From Amoeboradix gromovi X-113 (Eukaryota > Fungi > Sanchytriomycota), in assembly GCA_018985225.1 (NCBI GenBank), contig JADGIF010000412.1, forward strand, positions 1 through 9,102: 9,102 bases of DNA. Reading direction: 5' to 3'. The notes under the pieces are model-generated. The model was given only the letters and a program-made list of their open reading frames with translations, had not been told where the DNA came from and ran no database searches. Position numbers and translations under genes: made by a program. This document shows positions 1 to 6,871 of the stretch, in pieces (within the stretch, counting starts at the first letter, position 1; every line of letters begins with the position of its first letter).

Positions 1-310
1 ATTAGATATACCGTGCCTGAGTCCATTACCTAGTAGTCAGATTAATCTTGATTAATCCGTATTAGCGAATTAAGATCAATCCAAACTTGTGTGTCTAACT
101 TGCTCCACCGTTAAGAGGTATTTTTTGAAGTTTCAGTTTTTGCAGTTTGTCGCAGATAGTGAAACTCCAAATGCCAGGGAAGAAACGTTAGTGAAAATAT
201 CTCGCCTAGTTTTTACTCCATAGCCTAGTTTGAAGTCGAGTTTCTATTGATCAAATCATTTGATTGGATTAATATTTTTAATTATAATTTCAAACGTCTC
301 CTTCAAATTC

Positions 311-853
311 ATGATTCACATTTTAGAAGTCAAATTCAACAACGACAGAAGCGAGTTTCTGGATCAAATTGAAATGCATATAAAATACAATGCCATTGAG
401 ACTTTGCAGAATGACGTAAGCTTTAAGGTTGCGTATGTATTTGACCCACAACAGCCGAAATATGACCAAGAATTAGAGGAACTATCTATCGGACCGATCC
501 CTCAAGGCGTCGGTGAATTTACAATAACTTGTGACCCTCCTAAGCTGGATAATGTGCCTGTTGAACTGATCTATGGTGTGCAAGTGTTAACTCTGACCTT
601 GAGCTATGAGAATCAGGAATTTTGTCATATCGGATACTATGTCAATACTAGCTACAAGTATGAGATACCTTTTGAAGAGGATGACAATGGACATCTAACC
701 TTTAAATTCCCCCAAAATCATCCAATAGTTGCTGATCTAGTTAGAGTTATTCATGACGATAAACCAAGAGTTACTCGAAAACAGATTGAATGGCAAGCTA
801 GTAGCGGGCAGTCTGCTTTAATTACTAACGCTGCGATGCCAATGCAAGAATAA
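311..853 (+). CDS. ASF1: Histone H3-H4 chaperone Asf1
   Basis: Asf1 motifs DQELEELSIGPIPQG, DPP, VLTLTLSY..QEFCHIGYYVN and PRVTR..I.W. The ORF-track start at 260 is TTG. The first ATG at 311 (MIHILEV) matches the usual Asf1 N-terminus. Confidence 0.93.
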   Translation: MIHILEVKFNNDRSEFLDQIEMHIKYNAIETLQNDVSFKVAYVFDPQQPKYDQELEELSIGPIPQGVGEFTITCDPPKLDNVPVELIYGVQVLTLTLSYENQEFCHIGYYVNTSYKYEIPFEEDDNGHLTFKFPQNHPIVADLVRVIHDDKPRVTRKQIEWQASSGQSALITNAAMPMQE

Positions 854-864
854 ATAAGTGCAAG

Positions 865-1485
865 TCATTTACTAGTCATCATCTTATCTAATACCATTTT
901 TATCTCTTTAAAGTTTTCATCCGAAGTTAGATTGCTGAATGTATGAACCGGTATTCGCAATTTTTTACATTCCTCTAAAATAGGAAAAGTAATGTCTTCG
1001 TATATCTTTAATCTCTTCTTAACAATATGTGGCTGGTCATCAGCACGTTGTATTAAGGGCTCACCAGTATCATCGTCTAGTCCAAGTATTTTTGGTGGGT
1101 TGTAAAGCAAATGATATATTCTACCTGAAGCAGGATGAATTCTTCTGTATTGCAGTCTATCTAATATAACATTGGGAGGTAATTGGATGTTTAAAACTGT
1201 GGAAATACTCCATTTACGTTTAATCATTAAGTGCAATTGGTCAACAGTTCTAGGAAACCCATCCAACAGGTTGTACTTCTGAATGTAAAGCTCTATTTCA
1301 TCAAAAACATAATTATCTGGCACTAACATCCCTTTCTTAATCGTATTTGTTATCTGATGATTTTTCGATTTTCTTAAGACGTCACCCATCGAAATATGTG
1401 TTACATTTTCGTAATTCTTGACCATTTGTGCTGCAAGTGTTCCTTTACCACATCCTCCAGGTCCAAATAATAAAATGTTTTTCAT
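865..1485 (-). CDS. ADK2: Adenylate kinase family, AK3/yeast Adk2-type GTP:AMP phosphotransferase (probably mitochondrial)
   Basis: P-loop GPGGCGKGT, HISMGDVLR, G.LVPD, LDGFPRT, and a long LID RRIHPASGRIYH...G.DD.TGEPLIQRADD without Zn-binding cysteines, typical of AK3/Adk2. Confidence 0.85.
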   Translation of the reverse strand: MKNILLFGPGGCGKGTLAAQMVKNYENVTHISMGDVLRKSKNHQITNTIKKGMLVPDNYVFDEIELYIQKYNLLDGFPRTVDQLHLMIKRKWSISTVLNIQLPPNVILDRLQYRRIHPASGRIYHLLYNPPKILGLDDDTGEPLIQRADDQPHIVKKRLKIYEDITFPILEECKKLRIPVHTFSNLTSDENFKEIKMVLDKMMTSK

Positions 1486-1542
1486 TTGATAGGATTTCCC
1501 TCGAGTATCACTTAACCGACAGGGGTATTTCTAAACATCAAA

Positions 1543-1821
1543 ATGACAACCCAAATCACCAAGCAGCATACTAACACTGCTCAGAGATTAACCAGTGTCT
1601 CTAGCAGAAAGCTTCGCTCGAATGAAAATTGTTTAATGAAATACGCTCTTGTGAACAATATGCTCAACTCGCTTTATGTAAGTTTTCCACTATCCTATTT
1701 ACGGGCAGCTTCACAATTAGATTCTGAAATCGATGTCAAAGTTTATTTAAAAAAACTTATAGATTCTGGTTACACTACACCAGAGCAACTTGCTATTGAA
1801 AACAAGTGTTTAAATGCTTAA
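1543..1821 (+). CDS. Small protein (92 aa) with a SERTA/IER/Ecm13-like N-terminal helical motif
   Basis: Fills the gap between ADK and UTP13, has the locus-typical TCAAAATG start context and AATAAA overlapping its stop. AQRLTSVSSRKL...LMKYALVNNML resembles the S..KL....L...L..N.L pattern of SERTA-like domains. The family call is tentative. Confidence 0.6.
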   Translation: MTTQITKQHTNTAQRLTSVSSRKLRSNENCLMKYALVNNMLNSLYVSFPLSYLRAASQLDSEIDVKVYLKKLIDSGYTTPEQLAIENKCLNA

Positions 1822-1838
1822 TAAAATATTTATTTATA

Positions 1839-4025
1839 TTAAAATGTTTTGAATCTTTTACTTTCAATTGGGGCACTCTGTAAATGCGTGATTTTTAATA
1901 TGTTGGTATCAATAAGTAATTGATCCAATCTGTTAAATTGTTTCTCTGTTAAACCGAGCAATTCCTTTGCTTCCACTTGCTTATTTGCCAATAACAACTG
2001 ATTTAATATTAATTGTGCATAAAAAGAATGCTTGTGGTAGCTCAGCCAATTTGGCATATACTCACTCAAATCCATATGCCTGGTTTCTTTTACTATGTCT
2101 GTATCTTTGTTGTAAGCTATTTTGAATATATCCATGAATTTACCCGGCATCTTCAGTTCTGCAGCATATTTTAGAGCATTTACATAATCGCACTTACGGA
2201 CCAAGTTGTCTAAAGCTTGGTTCTTCTGTATTTCTGTCTCCTTTAGCTTTAGTTCCTCCTCTTGATGCTCCAGAGTATGATCCTTATAAATTGTTATTTT
2301 AGCATCAGTACCACCACTAATGATCTCATCTTCAAATGTGCAACAACCCCAGACTTTCCCTTCATGTGCTTCAATAGTCTGCAGTTCGGCGCCTGTCGCT
2401 GCATCCCATATTTTTATTAATCCATCTGAACCCGAACTGATGATTTCTGAGTAGTCATTGAAAAAGTTTACATTCAAAACAGATTGAAAGTGTCCTTCTA
2501 ATGTTCTTATACATGCATAATCACTCAATGACCATATTTTTACAGTCATATCACCACTGCCACTGACAAGAGCCTTTTCCTTTTTGTTGAAGTTACAGCT
2601 CCATACAGATCGCTTATGGCCCATCAAGCTATTAATTAGAGAGCCTGTCGCTGAATTCCACAACTTGATTGACTTGTCTTGTGAAGTAGTCGCAACTATG
2701 CCTTTATATATTGTAATGCAGTTTATATCCTTATCATGGGCTTTGACTGTGAATTTACAAGATCCATCCATATTCCAGCATTTCATAGTTAGATCGCTGC
2801 TAACTGTGTATATCAAGTCATCCCCAAAACAACAATCACTAACACTTCCAACATGCCCAGTAAATGTTTTTTTACAATCCAACGACTGCAGAGCTACATC
2901 GTATAGCCATAGTTTACAGTTACTGTCTTTGCTACCAGTAAGAACCTGGTTTGATTTGATATCAAAGCAAGTGATGAGATTAGTGTGACCGTTGCCATGC
3001 AATATCTTAGAAGATCCATTTCTGCAGAACAAGCGCAAATTATTGCTATTGGTAGCAGCAAGTATATCGTTGTTTAAAATACCAACTTGCAGGACCTCAT
3101 CGTTGTAACCTATAACGTGGTCAATTACTGAAATGTCCAAGTTTTCATCAATTTGCAAATTATAAAAGTTTTGATGCTGGGTGACGATGCAAAATGTAGA
3201 AAAGCCTGTTCTATGAGAGTCGTACACTGGCTCGTTGATGTTTATGATTTTTATAGGACCATTCAGATTGTCGAGGTCCCAGATTTTTAATTTCCCAGAT
3301 TCCCCACCTGTAAAAAAAAACCTACTTGAGATAAATTGACCACATTCAGCAGTCTCATTGACAGCAACAGTAGATATTAGTACAGACTCAAGATTAACAC
3401 TAAAGTCGTTCATTATTGCATCGAAATGCCACAGAGATATAGTCTGATCACGACTCACTATCAATAAAACCTTGTCATATATTACCGCATTTCTAATCAA
3501 CGCATCATGGTGTTTGAAAATAAAAGATCTGGAGTTTTTTAGATTCCAGAAACGTACTGTTCCATCATCTCCGCAACTTGATAAAAATAAATGGTTGTTA
3601 TATGAAAAGAATTCCACCTTAGTAACCAAAGATCTGTGCCCTGTCAGTTTATGAGTGTAATATCTATTTTTTAGATCATAGACATGAATTATTCCATCCG
3701 AACCACCAAAAGCAGCCAACGTTTCAGAGGCGTCAATAGCACAACTAGTCAGCAAAGAAGGTGTCTTAATTTGGCGCTGCAACTCAAATTCACTGTTGAA
3801 AACTGAGAGCTGCAAAGCCTTATTTGCTATGATAGCCATCGTAGTGCTTTTGTAAAAACAAGTAATCTGTTCTTCATCTACTTCAATTTGCTTCAGTTTA
3901 TTGTTTGTGAACAGGCTGAGTTTATTGAAGTACGTGGCATATATGCAGCCATCTTCTACTTGTGTATTTCCGCCAGAATAGAATGGTTCTATCGTCTTAA
4001 GAGCCTCATATCGATATCTCAACAT
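1839..4025 (-). CDS. UTP13: U3 snoRNP / SSU processome WD40 protein Utp13 (TBL3)
   Basis: N-terminal IEPFYSGG, many GH...WD-type repeats, GYNDEV, TVKAHDKDIN, GHKRSVW, S.SGDMTVKIWSL.DY.C.RT.EGH, and a C-terminal Utp13-type domain (Q.L.N...A..L.MP, AQ.IL, TEKQF.RL..L). Confidence 0.93.
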   Translation of the reverse strand: MLRYRYEALKTIEPFYSGGNTQVEDGCIYATYFNKLSLFTNNKLKQIEVDEEQITCFYKSTTMAIIANKALQLSVFNSEFELQRQIKTPSLLTSCAIDASETLAAFGGSDGIIHVYDLKNRYYTHKLTGHRSLVTKVEFFSYNNHLFLSSCGDDGTVRFWNLKNSRSFIFKHHDALIRNAVIYDKVLLIVSRDQTISLWHFDAIMNDFSVNLESVLISTVAVNETAECGQFISSRFFFTGGESGKLKIWDLDNLNGPIKIININEPVYDSHRTGFSTFCIVTQHQNFYNLQIDENLDISVIDHVIGYNDEVLQVGILNNDILAATNSNNLRLFCRNGSSKILHGNGHTNLITCFDIKSNQVLTGSKDSNCKLWLYDVALQSLDCKKTFTGHVGSVSDCCFGDDLIYTVSSDLTMKCWNMDGSCKFTVKAHDKDINCITIYKGIVATTSQDKSIKLWNSATGSLINSLMGHKRSVWSCNFNKKEKALVSGSGDMTVKIWSLSDYACIRTLEGHFQSVLNVNFFNDYSEIISSGSDGLIKIWDAATGAELQTIEAHEGKVWGCCTFEDEIISGGTDAKITIYKDHTLEHQEEELKLKETEIQKNQALDNLVRKCDYVNALKYAAELKMPGKFMDIFKIAYNKDTDIVKETRHMDLSEYMPNWLSYHKHSFYAQLILNQLLLANKQVEAKELLGLTEKQFNRLDQLLIDTNILKITHLQSAPIESKRFKTF

Positions 4026-4171
4026 CTCCCTGTGTTAACCTGATTTTGCAAACAAATGAGGGTTATTTTGCTAAAACCTTTCGCTTTTTGTTGAGGTATT
4101 TCCTTCGTATCACAATGCTTCTTTTAACGGCAGTTCTTACATAAAAATTTATTTGGTGTCATCCCCTTCAA

Positions 4172-4762
4172 ATGATAAAACGATTTGTAAAAGTGCTGGC
4201 TCATGAAGTAGAGCTAGGGCAGTATATAAAATACAAAGGCAATTTGATGCGGGCTACTTCGGTAACTCATAGTCATCTTGGTCGAGGTGGTGCATCATTA
4301 AAAATATCATTACAATCCACGTTGAATGGGGGATGTCAAAATGTATCATTCAGACCTTCAGAACAGCTAGAACTGGTAGATGTTGACTGGCAGCAGTTTA
4401 TAGTAGTGGAAAAAGACAAAAAAGCAATTTACATAGACAATGATGGTGAAATAGAATCTATAGCACTAGACTTGATAGAGAACAGTGAATTTGTAGAGGC
4501 TGGAATGAAAGTGAATGTCGCTAAAGATGAAAATGATTTTATTTCCTGCAAATTACCAAACTCCCATGTTTACACTATTTCAGCCGTTTCGGAGGATATT
4601 GTTAAACAGCGAGTTAAGGGTACCACCTCAGTAAAAGCTACTTTAAGCAGTAGTGCGGTGCTGAAGGTGCCTTCATTTATAAAGGTAAATGATAAAATAG
4701 AGGTTGGCTTGAGAGATTTTGCATACAAGAGGAGGGTGTCTACATTAAGTGAAAAATTGTGA
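4172..4762 (+). CDS. efp: Bacterial-type translation elongation factor P, probably mitochondrial
   Basis: KOW-like N domain with loop HSHLGRGGA, F...E.LE, and a C-terminal signature (ATL..SAVLKVP.FIK.ND.I.V..RD..Y.RR, compare ATLETGAVV.VP.FI..GD.I.V.TR.G.Y..R). The three-domain length fits EF-P rather than eIF5A. Confidence 0.85.
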   Translation: MIKRFVKVLAHEVELGQYIKYKGNLMRATSVTHSHLGRGGASLKISLQSTLNGGCQNVSFRPSEQLELVDVDWQQFIVVEKDKKAIYIDNDGEIESIALDLIENSEFVEAGMKVNVAKDENDFISCKLPNSHVYTISAVSEDIVKQRVKGTTSVKATLSSSAVLKVPSFIKVNDKIEVGLRDFAYKRRVSTLSEKL

Positions 4763-4801
4763 GAAGTCCCGCACCCGTCAAGTGTATGCAACTTGAGTAG
4801 A

Positions 4802-5660
4802 AACTTTCTTATCATCTTTACACCTGTTGATCCCAACTCGGATAGTTGAATAAGCAATAATTTTCAATATCACTCGACCAATGTTGATATTCTCCATTAT
4901 ACCTTATAAATAAACTTTTACAATGTTACTTGCATATATGCGCCAATTTTCGCTAGGAAACGCAACGATGGAGATTAATCTCTCTTCTATTCTTATGCTA
5001 TTTATTTATCAGCTTAATTTTCAAAACAAATCTAAGTATTAAAAGAGCTTAAAGATGACTGAATTTAATTTTACGCCTGTTTAATGCTTAAGCTTACAGA
5101 GAAAGCACTTGTGGAGGGGGAATGGAAGACACAAAAAAATTTTAGAATATGATCGATCAAGTTGACATAGTCTAACAAGCAGATCAGAATGCCCAAAGAA
5201 GATATTAAGATTCAGTCATTTGGGGCATGTTATAACCCTGTAAACTATTTGCCAAGGCTAAACCTAATCCCTTGTCATTTTCCTGGTTTACTTGCAATAC
5301 ATCATTTGTCGTTAATGTTAATTCTCATAAAAACTAGATTATTTACTAAAGAACATCCGGCTGTTTGTACTTAAAACTGGCCCTGCGCGGTAATTACGTG
5401 CGAGCCCAATGCTAAGTTATTGGTTCTACTTACCTGTAGAAAGTCTAGTAACAGTGCTATTATTCGTCTGCAGGCACTTGTGTCTGAAACATTTAGAGGG
5501 TCTAAGCATCCTCTCAGATGTCTGGATCATAACAGTTATGATCTTCAGTCGGATCCGGGAAACTAGTTAGTGTTTGGTGAAATCGTAAGTTATTTATTGA
5601 GGGTATCACTTGTCATAGCCAACACTCGCTATCATTGGCGGAGAGATATTAATGAGGCAT
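4802..5660 (+). pseudogene. Putative highly decayed Fanzor/TnpB-like nuclease remnant(s)
   Basis: Degenerate motifs in the expected order. VDPN (4826-4837, RuvC-I-like), HYTL*..FY..T...RKR and IKIQSFGA (FG at 5219-5224) share one stop-interrupted frame. After frameshifts come FVVNVNSHK/TRLF (5305-5344, VDE..TS..C-like) and WRRDINEA (5636-5659, RuvC-III-like). There are many stops, and this may be two fragments. Confidence 0.35.
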
Positions 5661-5720
5661 TTGAGGATTGGATGCTATACCTTGGACCCACCATGTTCAC
5701 TCAGCTCGAACCGATTATAG
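5412..5720 (+). ncRNA. Candidate structured RNA (possible Fanzor omegaRNA scaffold; identity unproven)
   Basis: Nested stems found by eye: 5419-5426/5708-5715, 5433-5440/5467-5474, 5446-5450/5455-5459, 5484-5488/5544-5548 enclosing 5489-5499/5510-5521 and 5525-5533/5535-5543, and 5569-5574/5621-5626. Several contain G-U pairs that work only on the + strand. Confidence 0.3.
5525..5543. repeat. Perfect 9-bp inverted repeat with 1-nt spacer (GATCATAAC-A-GTTATGATC)
   Basis: Read directly from the sequence. Confidence 0.9.
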
Positions 5721-5839
5721 TCACTCATTTACATATCTGATCACGCCTACGTTAAATGTGAAGCTCTCAAATTACTTCGCGATCCCACACTCCTTCAGTG
5801 TAGACAACTTGGGTAAGCGCCATTTAAGCATATTTTTCC

Positions 5840-6050
5840 CTACATTAATAAAACAATACCTGGATTAATATCTCTATGATCTTTGTGACCGCACGCATTA
5901 CATTTGAACCATCTTCCTTGAATCTTCTTTTTGCATTGTGGCAACTCTAACGAAATTGGATAGCTTTTCATTCTTCATCAACAGTTGCATTCCAAGTAGA
6001 GGTCGCTAAAATCCTTTAAATGGTGTTATTCGTATTACTAAATGTTTTAT
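5840..6050 (-). pseudogene. C-terminal remnant of a TnpB/Fanzor RNA-guided nuclease (RuvC-II region, Zn ribbon, RuvC-III)
   Basis: The minus strand reads ...TI*RILATSTWNATVDEE* (VDEE at 5982-5971). In a shifted frame it continues MKSYPISLELPQCKKKIQGRWFKCNACGHKDHRDINPGIVLLM* (5971-5840). This matches the consensus V.E..TS..CP.C...R.F.C..CG...[DH]RD.NAA.NI. It is disrupted by stops and a frameshift, and the upstream boundary is uncertain. Confidence 0.7.
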
Positions 6051-6211
6051 AAAATACGCTAATAAAATTGAAGAGAACTATGATTTATTTAAGAAATTCA
6101 CATTTGGGTTTACGGTTAAATTTGACCGATCATATAGTGTTGTACTCAATCAATAATATTGCCATGGAAAAGCATTGCGCAGTTGGCGTGAAAGAGATTG
6201 TGTAAAAGTAT

Positions 6212-6823
6212 TTATTTCATACTCTCAATCTTGTTTATCTTTTTGATCAAGTCAGACCTACTTATGCTTCCAAATAATCTACCTTCCTTTTTGTGGGAAA
6301 TATAGAATTTATCCTTTATATCCTCAAACAATATCTCATCCTCACAATGTAAGTATTCAGAAACAACTTTTGCCCTCTTATTTAGCTTTTTAACCACCTG
6401 ATGCTGATCACATTTGCAAAAAATGATAAAGTTTTTTTTATCTTTCAATCTCTTGTCATCTAACAAAATTCTGTACATAGGCACGGTAGTCTGCCAAGGC
6501 ATGTTTACGAGTCTTTCATGAATAACCAGAAAGCTTTTATCATTTGCCATCAGCTCAATTGGAATTACATCTTTTGGCAACTTACTCGTACTTATAGCAG
6601 TAATTATAGCCAACACCTCTTCATCCACTTTGATTAAAGTTCCTATTTCATTTCTCATGACGATATTTGAAATCTCTTCTGACTTTGGGATAAGTCTGTC
6701 CATGTGAAATTCTACAGATTCTTTATCTGCAGAAGAGATATCAAAAAACTCAAACTCAATATCGATAGATTCATTTATTTCAGCAGGATCTTCAGTAGAA
6801 CTTTTTTTCAAAGCCAGTGTCAT
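6212..6823 (-). CDS. BCP1: Bcp1/BCCIP family protein (60S biogenesis, uL14 chaperone)
   Basis: [28 protein letters not shown]...PMY..L and Y.H.EDE are BCCIP family motifs. The likely start is ATG 6823 (alternative ATG 6865). The ORF-track start at 6961 is GTG inside CBF5. Confidence 0.88.
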   Translation of the reverse strand: MTLALKKSSTEDPAEINESIDIEFEFFDISSADKESVEFHMDRLIPKSEEISNIVMRNEIGTLIKVDEEVLAIITAISTSKLPKDVIPIELMANDKSFLVIHERLVNMPWQTTVPMYRILLDDKRLKDKKNFIIFCKCDQHQVVKKLNKRAKVVSEYLHCEDEILFEDIKDKFYISHKKEGRLFGSISRSDLIKKINKIESMK

Positions 6824-6871
6824 CCTGTTTTCATGAAGTTGCGATGGAGCAGGGACCAAACACATCTTGAA
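6824..6871. promoter_or_regulatory. Putative minimal bidirectional promoter / 5' UTR zone between BCP1 and CBF5
   Basis: At most 48 nt separate the divergent start codons, so both promoters must lie here or inside the opposite coding region. This is positional inference only. Confidence 0.45.

Noticed and set aside
2584-2988. 134-aa + strand ORF
   Set aside because: TTG start, entirely antisense to UTP13 and no motifs; a shadow ORF.
3472-3654. 60-aa + strand ORF
   Set aside because: Antisense to UTP13 with a non-ATG start and no motifs.
4570-4857. 95-aa - strand ORF
   Set aside because: Mostly antisense to EF-P, with a non-ATG start.
5189-5374. 61-aa ORF as an independent gene
   Set aside because: No family on its own and it lacks the locus-typical start and stop signals. 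It is better explained as an open stretch of the decayed remnant or as chance.
5427-5436. TACTTACCTG, resembling the U1 snRNA 5' end (or a CAG|GTAAGT donor on the minus strand)
   Set aside because: No correctly placed U1-70K loop (GATCACGAAG-like), U1A loop (ATTGCAC) or Sm site follows, and no exon or branch-point context supports an intron.
5668-5868. 66-aa + strand ORF
   Set aside because: TTG start, no recognisable motif, and it lies between the two convergent remnants.
6105-6118. GGGTTTACGGTTA telomere-like sequence
   Set aside because: Under two repeat units, internal, and with no supporting structure.
4763-6211. Alternative genetic code (TAA/TAG read as Gln) to rescue intergenic frames
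   Set aside because: Conserved genes here end in both TAA and TGA at the expected positions and have no internal stops. The intergenic frames contain all stop types plus frameshifts.
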